From NCBI GenBank assembly GCA_963730325.1, contig CAVSRC010000006.1, forward strand, positions 2,693 to 66,692: 64,000 nt of DNA, given 5' to 3'. The position numbers and the translations under genes are program-made. Of the stretch, positions 47,519 through 57,159 are shown in pieces. The notes beneath the pieces were generated by a model, which was not told where the DNA came from, ran no database searches, and saw only the letters and a list, made by a program, of their open reading frames with translations. Origin of the DNA: an uncultured Alphaproteobacteria bacterium. GTDB taxonomy: Bacteria > Pseudomonadota > Alphaproteobacteria > Rhizobiales > Kaistiaceae. Each line of letters starts with the position of its first letter. The first letter of the stretch is position 1.

Positions 47519-47912
47519 AAATACTTATCCCCGCCCCCTGAACCGCCCCCATATTGGTTGGCATCCCCGCTCGAATGAGGGCGCCGTCCGGAGGCGTTCG
47601 TTCGGTGGAGCGGGGTGCGGCGCCCCCGCGCTTTCGGTTTCGCAGACCGGTGCCCGGGGCGTTCCCGGCGGGACCGTCGGCACTACGACCGGCCGCCCTC
47701 AGGGCTTGAACCCCGCGCCAATGCTGGGCGTAGCGCTCGCCGGGAGACGAAAGAAAATCGCCGCGGCGGGCGCTCGGGTCGAGTGCCCCCAATCTTCGCG
47801 GAGTAACCGCACGGCATTCGCCGGGCGCCCGCCACCCCCTCATGCCTCCGGGCAAGGGGAGCGGTCTTTGAAAGGTCAAAACCCGGTGCGAAACCGCGCG
47901 CGGGAACGAACC
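47515..47912 (+). repeat. Conserved intergenic element, copy A (candidate structured RNA)
   Basis: Blocks nearly identical to the reverse complement of 57439-57925 alternate with diverged blocks that preserve base pairing. No conserved ORF. Confidence 0.7.
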
Positions 47913-47919
47913 ATCTCGT

Positions 47920-47945
47920 GGTCCCCGCGAAGGCGGGGACCCAGT
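47920..47945. repeat. Solo hairpin related to the TIR of the 133-nt element
   Basis: ggtccccgcgaaggcggggacccagt differs from the 33.2-kb TIR only in the loop. Confidence 0.6.
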
Positions 47946-48041
47946 CGTCGCCAATGCTGGCGGCTCAATCCCGGGCGCCGGCGTTTACCGGGCGCCCGGC
48001 CGGCGCCGGGCACCCCAGGAGCCTGGCGCAACGTCGTGCCG

Positions 48042-48644
48042 TCAGAACCCCCTTCCGCCCTTCAGGAACTCCAGCTCCTCCTCCGTCGATTCGCGGCCGA
48101 GCGCCGCGTTGCGGTGGGGAAAGCGGGCGAACTTGCGGATGATGTCGCGGTGCTTGGTGGCGTAGTCGAGCTGCTCGCGGGCGCTGTCGAGACGGTCGAG
48201 GGGGACTTCCAGCGTGCGCTCGGCAAAGAGCGTCACCGACATGTCCTGATCGGCGACCGCCTCGCTGTGCTCGAAGGGGAGCATGACGAAGGTCTGCTCG
48301 ACCACGAAGAAGCGGCGCCAGCCGCCGGCCACCAGCTGACGGGCGAAGGACAGGGCAGCGGCATCGCAGGCGAAGGCCTCGCCGCTGTCGCGGTGGATCT
48401 GGCGCGGGAACTGGTCGAGCAAAACGATGAGGGCCACCTGCTGACGCCTCGTCAGCGATGCGAGATCCCAGACGGCGTCGCGCGCGGCGACGGTGTCCGC
48501 GCCCCAGGTGTCACGGATATGGGCGTCGATCTCCGGGGTCGGCCGGAACCAGGCCGTGCGCCGTTCCTCGTCCGGCTGGTCGTCCCACGCCTTGAGGTCG
48601 CCGAACCAGTAGAGATAGACCGCGTCCAGGATGGTCACGTCCAT
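48042..48644 (-). CDS. DUF924 family protein
   Basis: Helical protein of about 200 aa with W.G.L..WD and FPRNAALGR-like (FPHRNAALGRES) motifs characteristic of DUF924. Confidence 0.8.
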   Translation of the reverse strand: MDVTILDAVYLYWFGDLKAWDDQPDEERRTAWFRPTPEIDAHIRDTWGADTVAARDAVWDLASLTRRQQVALIVLLDQFPRQIHRDSGEAFACDAAALSFARQLVAGGWRRFFVVEQTFVMLPFEHSEAVADQDMSVTLFAERTLEVPLDRLDSAREQLDYATKHRDIIRKFARFPHRNAALGRESTEEELEFLKGGRGF

Positions 48645-48659
48645 GTCTTCCCCCTTCTG

Positions 48660-49265
48660 CTAGAACGGCGTGCGCTGGCGGATGGCCGCCGAAAGCGTGC
48701 CCTCGTCGAGATAATCGAGTTCGCCGCCGACGGGAACGCCGTGGGCCAGGCGCGAGACCTTCACGTCGAGGCCGGCGAGCCGGTCCATGATGTAGTGCGC
48801 GGTGGTCTGGCCCTCGACGGTGGCGTTGACCGCGAGGATGACCTCGCGCACGCGGCCCTCGGCGACCCGCGCCACCAGCCGGTCGATGCCGAGATCGTCC
48901 GGTCCGACGCCATCGAGCGGCGACAGCGCCCCGCCGAGGACGTGGTAGCGGGCGTTGAGCGCCCCGGCGCGCTCCAGCGCCCACAGGTCGGCGACGTCCT
49001 CGACCACCACGATCATGCCCTCCTCGCGGCGCGGATCGGCACAGATGGTGCACGGATCGCTGGTATCGATGTTGCCGCAGGTGGAGCAGACCACGACCGT
49101 CTCCAGCGCCACGTCCATGGCCCTGGCGAGCGGGGTCAGCAGCTCGTCCTTCTTCTTGACCAGATGCAGCGCGGCGCGGCGGGCCGAACGCGGCCCCAGG
49201 CCCGGCAGCTTGGCAAGAAGCTGGATCAGACGCTCGATTTCGGGGCCGGCGGCGGAACGGGGCAT
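48660..49265 (-). CDS. recR: Recombination protein RecR
   Basis: HhH N-terminus, C4 zinc finger [16 protein letters not shown], and Toprim domain. Confidence 0.95.
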   Translation of the reverse strand: MPRSAAGPEIERLIQLLAKLPGLGPRSARRAALHLVKKKDELLTPLARAMDVALETVVVCSTCGNIDTSDPCTICADPRREEGMIVVVEDVADLWALERAGALNARYHVLGGALSPLDGVGPDDLGIDRLVARVAEGRVREVILAVNATVEGQTTAHYIMDRLAGLDVKVSRLAHGVPVGGELDYLDEGTLSAAIRQRTPF

Positions 49266-49392
49266 GAATCGGTTAACCTCGCTTGAAACCCAGCCACAAA
49301 CGGCCTGGCGGGGTTCCTGTCAACTCGGGCCGCGCGCGCCATCCGGCAAAGCCTGATAGAATGAGGTGGGCGATGTCTTGCGAGAGTGATCC

Positions 49393-50022
49393 ATGCGAAA
49401 ATTGCTGCCAACCCTTGCCTGTCTCGTCGTCACCGCCTGGGCGGCGGCCGGGCCGGTCCATGCCGCGCCGATTTCCATCATGCAGTTGATGGCACCCACC
49501 GCGCTGCCCGACATGGCGCTCGGGCAACCCACCGCACCGGTGACGATCATCGAATACGCCTCGATGACCTGCCCGCATTGCGGCAATTTCGACAAGACCG
49601 TCTTCGACACGCTGAAGACGGACTATGTCGACACGGGCAAGGTCTATTACGTGTTCCGCGAATATCCGCTCGACGAGCTCGCCTTCGCCGCATCGATGGC
49701 GGCGCGCTGTGCCCCGGCGGACAAGTACTTCCCGATCATCGATACGCTGTTCCGCACGCAGAACGACTGGGCCTTCGTGCAGAATCCGGAGCCGGCGCTG
49801 GTCGCCCAGCTTGCCGCCTTCGGCTTCACGCACGATTCGTTTGCCGCCTGCCTGAAGAAGAGCGACATCGCCGACGGCATCGGCGAGATCGCCAAGCGCG
49901 CGCAGACGGAATTCGGCGTCGAGGGCACGCCGACCTTCTTCATCAACGGGGAGAAGCATGTCGGCGAGATGGACGTCGCCGGGATGAAGGCGATCCTCGA
50001 TCCGCTGCTGGCGAAGAAATAG
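49393..50022 (+). CDS. DsbA-family thiol:disulfide oxidoreductase (CPHC)
   Basis: Signal peptide, then a thioredoxin fold with active site CPHC. Confidence 0.88.
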   Translation: MRKLLPTLACLVVTAWAAAGPVHAAPISIMQLMAPTALPDMALGQPTAPVTIIEYASMTCPHCGNFDKTVFDTLKTDYVDTGKVYYVFREYPLDELAFAASMAARCAPADKYFPIIDTLFRTQNDWAFVQNPEPALVAQLAAFGFTHDSFAACLKKSDIADGIGEIAKRAQTEFGVEGTPTFFINGEKHVGEMDVAGMKAILDPLLAKK

Positions 50023-50166
50023 CAGAAGCCCGCCGCGCACCGGGTTTTCCGCCGGGATCGGGCCTGGGCTTGCGGCCGATTGCGGCGGCGGGCGGTAAAC
50101 TTGCCGCTTGTGGCCGTTGCCGCGAAAGTCGATGATGGTGGCGGGGGTATCCTTCGGGACGTTTCA

Positions 50167-50796
50167 ATGCACAGATTGCTTCCTGCCTTCCTTGGCCTCC
50201 TTGTCGCCGCCTGGGCCGTTGCCGCGCCGGCACGGGCCGAGCCGGTCTCCATCATGAAGCTGATGGCGCCGGGGCCCCTCCCCGAAATGGCCCTCGGCGA
50301 TCCCGCAGCACCGGTGAGCATCGTCGAATATGTTTCGCTGACCTGCTCGCATTGCGCCAATTTCCACGCCGAGACCTTCGACGCGCTGAAGACCAACTAT
50401 ATCGATACCGGCAAGGTCTATTACGCGCTCAGGGAATTTCCGATCGACTCCCTCGCCTTCGGCGCAATCATGATGGCGCGTTGTGCGCCCAAGGACCAGT
50501 TCTTCCCCATCGTCCAGGCGCTGTTTCGCGAGCAGAGGAACTGGGCGTTCGTGGAGAGCCCGGCGGTCGCGCTGCTTGCCCAGCTCGAGCCCTTCGGTTT
50601 CACCGAGGCATCCTTCGAGGCCTGCCTGGGGGACGGCGACCTCGCCAAGAGCATCGGCACCATCGCCCAGAGCGCGCAGAACGCGTTCGGCGTGCACGGC
50701 ACCCCGACCTTCTTCATCAATGGCGAGAAGCACGTCGGCGCGATGGGATTCGCGGAGATGGCGGCGATCCTCGACCCGCTGCTGGCGAAGAATTAG
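50167..50796 (+). CDS. DsbA-family thiol:disulfide oxidoreductase paralogue (CSHC)
   Basis: Signal peptide MHRLLPAFLGLLVAAWAVAAPARA and active site CSHC. Collinear similarity to the preceding gene, so a tandem paralogue. Confidence 0.88.
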   Translation: MHRLLPAFLGLLVAAWAVAAPARAEPVSIMKLMAPGPLPEMALGDPAAPVSIVEYVSLTCSHCANFHAETFDALKTNYIDTGKVYYALREFPIDSLAFGAIMMARCAPKDQFFPIVQALFREQRNWAFVESPAVALLAQLEPFGFTEASFEACLGDGDLAKSIGTIAQSAQNAFGVHGTPTFFINGEKHVGAMGFAEMAAILDPLLAKN

Positions 50797-51318
50797 TCAG
50801 CGAATGAACTGGTCGACATAGGCGGCGCCGAGGCCGATGGCAGCGTAGTGCTTGCGGCACATGGCGATCTTGGAGAAGACGTCCTCGTAGCCGAGCGCAT
50901 TCCCGTCGGGATCGACGTAGAGCATGATGCCGTTGACCTGGAAGAGCGTGATCATCTCCGGGCAATCGTCGGGGACGACCAACGTGTGGGTCTCGCCGGG
51001 CGGCTCATAGACATAGCCGCCCTCCTCCGCCACCCAGTCGTGCTCGAGATAGTGCCACCTGCCCTTGAGCACGATGCCGTGGACGGGGTTGGTATGGCGG
51101 TGGCGGGAGAGGACGCCGGAGCGGGTCACTTTCAGCAGGTTGACCCAGTAACCCTGCGACACCGACAGACAGAGGGGGCGGAACCAGACATTCTCCGCCT
51201 GCGGCACCCAGATGCGTTCGTCTTCCGGCACGGCGGGCGCGACGACCAGATCGGCCGCCATCTCGGCCGGCTGCGGCAGCCGATAGGGCGTGCGCCGGTC
51301 CGCCGCGTCGCTGGTCAT
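50797..51318 (-). CDS. Cupin protein of the 2,4'-dihydroxyacetophenone dioxygenase-like family
   Basis: Cupin His cluster SRHRHTNPVHG..GETH. Its ATG overlaps the ybaB stop (ATGA at 51315-51318). Confidence 0.75.
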   Translation of the reverse strand: MTSDAADRRTPYRLPQPAEMAADLVVAPAVPEDERIWVPQAENVWFRPLCLSVSQGYWVNLLKVTRSGVLSRHRHTNPVHGIVLKGRWHYLEHDWVAEEGGYVYEPPGETHTLVVPDDCPEMITLFQVNGIMLYVDPDGNALGYEDVFSKIAMCRKHYAAIGLGAAYVDQFIR

Positions 51319-51647
51319 GAGAAGGGCAGGTTCATGCCCGGCGGCAGCTGAAGGCCGCCGGTCATCGCGCGCATCTTGTCGGCGAGCACCTGCTCCGCCT
51401 TGGCGCGGGCGTCGTTGACGGCGGCGACGATGAGGTCCTCAAGGATCTCGGCGTCCTCCGGTTTGATGAGCGACGGGTCGATCTTGAGGCGTTTCATCTC
51501 ACTCTTGCCGGTCATGACGACCGAGACCAGACCGCCGCCGGCGGCGCCCTCGACTTCCATGGCGGCGACCTCCTCCTGCAGAGCCTGCATCTTCTCCTGC
51601 AGTTCCTTGGCCTGCTTCATCATGCCCATCAGGTCGCCAAGCGCCAT
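51315..51647 (-). CDS. ybaB: YbaB/EbfC nucleoid-associated protein
   Basis: MMKQAKELQEKMQALQEE... is typical of the YbaB family. Lies immediately downstream of dnaX. Confidence 0.93.
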   Translation of the reverse strand: MALGDLMGMMKQAKELQEKMQALQEEVAAMEVEGAAGGGLVSVVMTGKSEMKRLKIDPSLIKPEDAEILEDLIVAAVNDARAKAEQVLADKMRAMTGGLQLPPGMNLPFS

Positions 51648-51650
51648 CGG

Positions 51651-53399
51651 TCAGTCATCCTCATCTGCTGTGTCGTCGGGGATCGGCGGCAATGCGTCGT
51701 CGGCCGCCGGCCCGGCGGCACCGGCGCCCAGAACGCGCACATCGACGATCTCGGCGCCGGGGAAGGTCTGCAAAACGGCGGCGACCAGCGGGTCGGCGCG
51801 GGCGTCATCGACCAGTTGGTCCTGGGCTTGTCTGCGCTGTTCGGCAATGGTCGGACCGCCGCCCTCGCGCGCCACCGCGATCATCCAGCGGGTGCCGGTC
51901 CATTCTTCCAGTTTCTTCGACAGCATGCCGGCGAGGCCGGGCGAGGCGTGCTCGGTGAGCGCGATCTCGATGCGGCCCGGCTCGAAGCGGACGAGGCGCA
52001 CATAGGTCTCAAGCTCGTGCTTGAGCTTCAATTCGCGATGCGTACCGGCAAGCGCCACCACGTCGGCGAAGGCGGCGACATGGGCGGTCGGCGCCGCGCG
52101 GGGCGCCGGTTCGGCCGCCGGAGCGCGCGCGCCTGCGGCCGTACCTGTGGCGCTCATGCGGGCGCGGCTGCCCTCGCCGGAGGGCGGCGGCGTCCGGTTG
52201 GGCGCGGGCGATGCGCCGCCATTGCCTTTCAGGGTGCGCAACGCCTCGTCAGGCGTGGGCAGATCGGCGGCGTGCGCCAGGCGCACGATGACCATGTCGG
52301 CGGCGGCCAGCGGCCGCGACGCCTCGCGCGTCTCCTCGATGCCCTTGAGCAGCATCTGCCAGGCGCGGGCGAGCGCGCGCAGCGACAGCTTGCCGGCAAA
52401 GCCGCTGCCGCGCTCGCGCTCTTCCGTCGTCAGCGCATCGTCTTCGGCCGCGCCCGGTGCGAGCTTCAGCCTTGTCACCAGATGGGTGAAGGCGGCGAGG
52501 TCCTCCAGAACGACGGCCGGGTCGGCGCCGACATCGAACAACTGCTTCAGCCGGGTGAGCGCCGCCGCAACGTCGCCGCCCATGACCTCCTCGAAGAGAT
52601 CGATGACCAAGGCGCGATCGGCGAGCCCCAGCATCTCGCGCACCTCGCTGGCCGAGACCGCGCCGGCAGCGTGGGCGATCGCCTGATCGAGGATCGACAG
52701 CGCATCGCGGACGGAGCCCTCGGCGGCGCGGGCGATCATGGTGAGCGCCGCATCGTCGATGGCGACCTTCTCCCTCGCCATGATCTCCTTCATCAGGCCG
52801 ATCAGCGCCCCCGGCTCGATGCGCCGGAGGTCGAAGCGCTGGCAGCGCGACAGCACGGTGACCGGCACCTTGCGCACTTCCGTGGTGGCGAAGATGAACT
52901 TGACGTGCTCCGGCGGCTCTTCCAGCGTCTTCAAGAGGCCGTTGAAGGCGGCCTTGGAGAGCATATGCACTTCGTCGATGATGTAGACCTTGTAGCGGGC
53001 GATGGCCGGCTTGTAGCGCACCGCCTCGATGATCTCGCGGATATCGTCGATGCCGGTGTGGGAGGCGGCGTCCATCTCGATGACGTCGACATGGCGGCCT
53101 TCCATGATCGCCGCGCAGTGCTCGCCCATCTCGTCCATATCGATGGTCGGCTGGTCGACCTTGCCGGGAACGGAATAATTGAGCGCACGGGCGAGGATGC
53201 GGGCGGTGGTGGTCTTGCCGACGCCGCGCACGCCGGTGAGCATGTAGGCCTGGGCGATGCGGCCGCTGTGGAAGGCGTTGGTGAGCGTGCGCACCATCGG
53301 CTCCTGGCCGATGAGATCGACGAAGCTCTGCGGCCGGTACTTGCGGGCAAGCACGCGATAGGGGCCGGCGCTGGCTTGCTCCTGTCCGGTACCGTCCAT
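51651..53399 (-). CDS. dnaX: DNA polymerase III subunits gamma/tau
   Basis: YRVLARKYRPQSF start region, Walker A GVRGVGKTTTARI, Walker B IIDEVHML, sensor motifs. ATG at 53399. Confidence 0.95.
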   Translation of the reverse strand: MDGTGQEQASAGPYRVLARKYRPQSFVDLIGQEPMVRTLTNAFHSGRIAQAYMLTGVRGVGKTTTARILARALNYSVPGKVDQPTIDMDEMGEHCAAIMEGRHVDVIEMDAASHTGIDDIREIIEAVRYKPAIARYKVYIIDEVHMLSKAAFNGLLKTLEEPPEHVKFIFATTEVRKVPVTVLSRCQRFDLRRIEPGALIGLMKEIMAREKVAIDDAALTMIARAAEGSVRDALSILDQAIAHAAGAVSASEVREMLGLADRALVIDLFEEVMGGDVAAALTRLKQLFDVGADPAVVLEDLAAFTHLVTRLKLAPGAAEDDALTTEERERGSGFAGKLSLRALARAWQMLLKGIEETREASRPLAAADMVIVRLAHAADLPTPDEALRTLKGNGGASPAPNRTPPPSGEGSRARMSATGTAAGARAPAAEPAPRAAPTAHVAAFADVVALAGTHRELKLKHELETYVRLVRFEPGRIEIALTEHASPGLAGMLSKKLEEWTGTRWMIAVAREGGGPTIAEQRRQAQDQLVDDARADPLVAAVLQTFPGAEIVDVRVLGAGAAGPAADDALPPIPDDTADEDD

Positions 53400-53451
53400 A
53401 CGTCTTTCGTATCGCTCCGGCCCGCGGCGGGCACTGAAATCCAAGGGAAAG

Positions 53452-53549
53452 GTGGGAGACCGGCAGGCGACCCGCGCCGAAACTCGTTAGGGCTGCTTCC
53501 TTCCGGACCTGACCCGGTTGGCGAGCGACACGTCCGCCGCCGGCCTCCC
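53452..53549 (-). ncRNA. ffs: Signal recognition particle RNA (small/4.5S type)
   Basis: The minus strand contains the invariant domain IV sequence GGUCAGGUCCGGAAGGAAGCAGCC. It is closed by a terminal helix GGGAGGCCGGCGG / CUGCCGGUCUCCC. Typical position upstream of dnaX. Confidence 0.9.
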
Positions 53550-53687
53550 GAGGGCACCATATCATGTTGACCACCGGCCGGGGCAAGGGTCGCCGGCAGG
53601 CCTTTTTCCGCCAATTGCCCTGTGATGCACGGCCCTGTCGTCGTATGGTCGCGGCCGATTGCACCCGCTTCTCACGATCGAGCCGTC

Positions 53688-54113
53688 ATGTCCGAAGCCT
53701 TCACCCTCGACCCGCGCCTTGCCGCCGATTCGACGCACATAGCCTCGCTGGGCCTTTCGGACCTGCGCCTGATGAACGATGCCCGCGTCCCCTGGCTGCT
53801 GCTCGTGCCGCGGCGCGCCGGCATGGCCGAAATCATCGACATGGAGAAGCCCGACCGGGCACGGCTTTTCGAGGAGATCGTGGCGGTAATGACCGCGCTC
53901 AAGGCGGCCACCGGCTGCGACAAGCTGAACGTCGCCGCGCTCGGCAATCAGGTGCGCCAGCTTCATGTCCATGTCATCGCCCGGTTTCAGAGTGACGTTG
54001 CCTGGCCGAACCCGGTATGGGGAACCGGCGCGCCGGCTGCCTATGACGACGAGAGGCGGGACAAGCTGATCGCCGACCTCACCGCCGACATCAGCGCCGC
54101 CCTTGCCGCCTGA
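53688..54113 (+). CDS. HIT family protein
   Basis: Histidine triad QLHVHVIAR and HIT-fold length. Confidence 0.85.
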   Translation: MSEAFTLDPRLAADSTHIASLGLSDLRLMNDARVPWLLLVPRRAGMAEIIDMEKPDRARLFEEIVAVMTALKAATGCDKLNVAALGNQVRQLHVHVIARFQSDVAWPNPVWGTGAPAAYDDERRDKLIADLTADISAALAA

Positions 54114-54132
54114 CCACGACGCGAGACCTGGA

Positions 54133-55074
54133 ATGACCAGCCTTTTCGACGGTCTGCCCGCGGTCGAACCGAGCAGCCTGACCGGCTTTTCCGGCAACGT
54201 CATCGACCGGCGGAGCGAGGCGCGCACGGCGGACTCACTTGCCGGCGCGCTCGCCGACGCCGCGGCGCGGCTCTACCTCTTCCGCGGCGAACCGGCGCTC
54301 ATCAAGACCGGCGACGACCCGCTGTTCACGGCGGCCGAGGCGCGGGCGCTCGGCGCCAGCCTCGATGCGGCGGTGCTGCTCGGCTGGAGCGACAGCGGCC
54401 CGCGGCTCGCCGCCGCGCTCGCCGAGGAAGCGCCGATCGACGAGACCAAGGTGGCCGCCGTGACGCTGCGGACGCTGGCGAGTTCCGCCTTGCTCCCCGC
54501 CGACCATCTCGGCGCGCTGGCGCAGGCGCGCGCGCTCCTCAGCTGGCACATTCGCCACGGGTTTTGCGCCGTCTGCGGCACGGCGACGACAAGCACGCTC
54601 GGCGGCGCTCGGCGCGACTGCCCGAACTGCGGGGCACAGCACTTTCCGCGCACCGACCCGGTGGTCATCATGCTCGCCATCGACGCCGGCTCGGGCGGCG
54701 AACAGGCGCTGCTCGGCCGCTCGGCGCGCTTCAATGCGGGCATGTATTCGTGCCTCGCCGGCTTCATGGAGCCGGGCGAGACCATCGAGGACGCGGTGCG
54801 CCGCGAGACGGCCGAGGAATCCGGCATCCGCATCGGGCGCGTGCGCTACCACGCCAGCCAGCCCTGGCCCTTCCCCTCGTCGCTGATGATCGGCTGCTAC
54901 GCCGAGGCGCTGTCGACCGCGATCCGCCGGGACGAGAACGAACTGGAGGACTGCCGCTGGTTTTCGCGCGAGGACGTGCGCCGCATGCTCGCCGGCAACC
55001 ACAAGGAAGGCATCACCGTGCCGGTCTCGATGGCGATTGCCAGCCATCTGATCCGGGGGTGGGCCTATGCGTGA
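54133..55074 (+). CDS. nudC: NAD+ diphosphatase (NADH pyrophosphatase)
   Basis: Zinc ribbon CAVCG...CPNCG, Nudix box GFMEPGETIEDAVRRETAEESG, and SQPWPFP motif. Confidence 0.9.
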   Translation: MTSLFDGLPAVEPSSLTGFSGNVIDRRSEARTADSLAGALADAAARLYLFRGEPALIKTGDDPLFTAAEARALGASLDAAVLLGWSDSGPRLAAALAEEAPIDETKVAAVTLRTLASSALLPADHLGALAQARALLSWHIRHGFCAVCGTATTSTLGGARRDCPNCGAQHFPRTDPVVIMLAIDAGSGGEQALLGRSARFNAGMYSCLAGFMEPGETIEDAVRRETAEESGIRIGRVRYHASQPWPFPSSLMIGCYAEALSTAIRRDENELEDCRWFSREDVRRMLAGNHKEGITVPVSMAIASHLIRGWAYA

Positions 55075-55178
55075 CATGGGACCGTGCCTGTCACATGTGC
55101 GTGACGGCATAGGTTCCGGGGGCGGCCAATGGTAGCGTCGGCCCTGAGCTAACGAGACCTTTGCCAAGGGGCCCCGCG

Positions 55179-55739
55179 ATGCGCCGACCGATCGTCTATT
55201 CCATCTCCCTGATGCTGGCGACGCTTGCCGGCGCCAGCCAGGCCCCCGCCGCCGACGGCGACCTCCCCGGTGCCAGCGACTATCCCGGCATCGAACGCTT
55301 CACCGGCAGCATCATCACCGGATACGACGCCAGGGATTTCGACGCGACGCGCCTGCAGACCGCGCCGTTCCAGAACGGCAATGCGACCGGCGACAAGCGG
55401 CCGGAAGGCCGCGTGACCCGCATCGCCTACCGCACCAGGCCCGGCCCCTCGATACCGGAGGTGGCGCAAAGCTTCGAGACCGAGCTTGCCGAGGCCGGAT
55501 ACGAAACGGTGTTCACCTGCAACGCCGAGGACTGCGGCGGCACCTTTTTCAGCCAGGCCGTCGACGCGCTGTTCGTGCCGCAGATGTGGGTGAACGGGGT
55601 CAACTACCGCTACGTCGTCGGCCGCAAGGAAGGCGACGACGGCGCCGAGACCTGGGCGACGGTGCTGGTCAGCCACCACGCCGATTTCGTCACCGCGCAA
55701 CTGGTGGTGACCGAGGTCGGCGCCGCCACAGGTCAGTGA
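55179..55739 (+). CDS. Secreted DUF4892-like protein
   Basis: Signal peptide [24 protein letters not shown]. The YPG..R..GS.I..Y...DFD...L pattern is typical of DUF4892. Confidence 0.65.
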   Translation: MRRPIVYSISLMLATLAGASQAPAADGDLPGASDYPGIERFTGSIITGYDARDFDATRLQTAPFQNGNATGDKRPEGRVTRIAYRTRPGPSIPEVAQSFETELAEAGYETVFTCNAEDCGGTFFSQAVDALFVPQMWVNGVNYRYVVGRKEGDDGAETWATVLVSHHADFVTAQLVVTEVGAATGQ

Positions 55740-55774
55740 TCGATACCGAGGTCGAGCCGTAGGGCGGGGCCCGC

Positions 55775-56047
55775 ATGAAGCGGACGCTTGTTCTGGCACT
55801 ACTGCTGCTCGCCGGGTGTGACAAACCCGGCGAGTGGAGCGCGATCGTCTATCCAGACCGCACCGACCGCACCCATTTCGAGGTGACGCCGCGCTTCCAG
55901 ACGTTTTCCTACTGCCGCGACCAGGCCATCGAGCGGATGAAGGCGATCGAGGTCAGTGTCGGCGGGGGCGACTACGAATGCGGCCGCAACTGCCAGCTCG
56001 AGGGCGATCCACACAAGATGAACATCTGCGAGGAGAAACGGAAATAA
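55775..56047 (+). CDS. Small lipoprotein
   Basis: Lipobox LLLAG-C and a Cys-rich mature part. 90 aa. Confidence 0.7.
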   Translation: MKRTLVLALLLLAGCDKPGEWSAIVYPDRTDRTHFEVTPRFQTFSYCRDQAIERMKAIEVSVGGGDYECGRNCQLEGDPHKMNICEEKRK

Positions 56048-56217
56048 TTGCCGGCCGCCGGCGGCGTCCGGCGCTTGCATCGCCTCGGCCGCTCGGCCAA
56101 TCTTGCAGCATCCACACCCAAGGCGCCTGTCGATTCGCCCAAGTGCCGGGCCGGCCGCACGGCCGCCCGCCTTTCCCCTCGCGAAACCCGGGCCCTCACC
56201 CGCGAAGGCTGAATCCC

Positions 56218-57159
56218 ATGAAGACCTATACCGTTCCCCACACCGATTTCACGGTGCCCAGCGTCGTGCTCGGCCTGATGCGCATCGCCAAGATGAGCGA
56301 CGGCGACATCCAGAAGCTGGTCGGCACCGCCCTCGACAATGGCATCACCTTCTTCGACCACGCCGACGTCTATGGCGGCGCCGTGCATCGCTCGGAGGAG
56401 CGTTTCGCCGAGGCGATGAAGTTCTCGGCCGCCCAGCGCGAGGAGATCGTGCTGCAGAGCAAGGCCGGCATCAACATCACCAACGGCCCCGCCTATTTCG
56501 ACTTTTCCGCCGAGCACATCCTCGAGGCGGTCGACGGGTCGCTGAAGGCGCTGAAGACCGACTATCTCGACGTTCTGCTGCTGCATCGCCCCGACACGCT
56601 GTTGGAGCCGGAGGAGATCGCCGCCGCCTTCGACAAGCTGGAGGCGGCGGGCAAGGTGCGCCGTTTCGGCGTTTCCAACCAGACGCCCGGCCAGATCGAG
56701 CTGATCAAGACGGCGGTCAAGCAACCGCTGCTCTTCAACCAGGTGCAGCTCTCGATCACCCACGCCAACCTGTTCGCGCAAGGCATCGCCGTCAACATGA
56801 ACGGGCTCGGCCAATCGGTCGTGCGCGACAACGGCCTGCTCGACTATTCGCGGCTGAAGGGCATGATGCTGCAGGCCTGGTCGCCGTTCCAGAAGGGCTT
56901 CTTCGACGGCGTGTTCATCGACGACCGCGAAAACCACGCCGAACTCAACGACGTGCTCGACGAACTGGCCGCGAAATACGGCGTGACGCCGACCGGCATC
57001 GCGGTGGCGTGGATCGTGCGCCATCCGGCCAACATCCAGGTGGTGCTGGGCACCACCAATCCGGGGCGCGTGGCCGAATCCGCCGCCGGCTCGGACGTCA
57101 CCCTCAGCCGCGAGGAGTGGTACCGCCTGTTCCGCGCCGCCGGACACACGGTGCCGTAG
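56218..57159 (+). CDS. Aldo/keto reductase (YdhF-like)
   Basis: AKR motifs GITFFDHADVYG, LDVLLLHRPD, GVSNQTPGQIE. ATG at 56218. Confidence 0.9.
   Translation: MKTYTVPHTDFTVPSVVLGLMRIAKMSDGDIQKLVGTALDNGITFFDHADVYGGAVHRSEERFAEAMKFSAAQREEIVLQSKAGINITNGPAYFDFSAEHILEAVDGSLKALKTDYLDVLLLHRPDTLLEPEEIAAAFDKLEAAGKVRRFGVSNQTPGQIELIKTAVKQPLLFNQVQLSITHANLFAQGIAVNMNGLGQSVVRDNGLLDYSRLKGMMLQAWSPFQKGFFDGVFIDDRENHAELNDVLDELAAKYGVTPTGIAVAWIVRHPANIQVVLGTTNPGRVAESAAGSDVTLSREEWYRLFRAAGHTVP

Noticed and set aside
47493-47954. ORFs 47493..47954(-) and 57737..57985(+) share the peptide LIRA(G/R)MPTNMGA, which hints at a conserved small protein inside the two copies of the conserved element.
   Set aside because: The similarity is at nucleotide level and extends well beyond the shared peptide. 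Indels between the copies break the frame on either side. The substitution pattern fits base pairing (G-U tolerant on the opposite strand) better than codon conservation.
51651-53399. Possible programmed -1 frameshift in dnaX, the gamma/tau mechanism known from E. coli.
   Set aside because: I saw no A-AAA-AAG-type slippery heptamer (ctttttt on the given strand) within the gene. A single tau-length ORF is intact.
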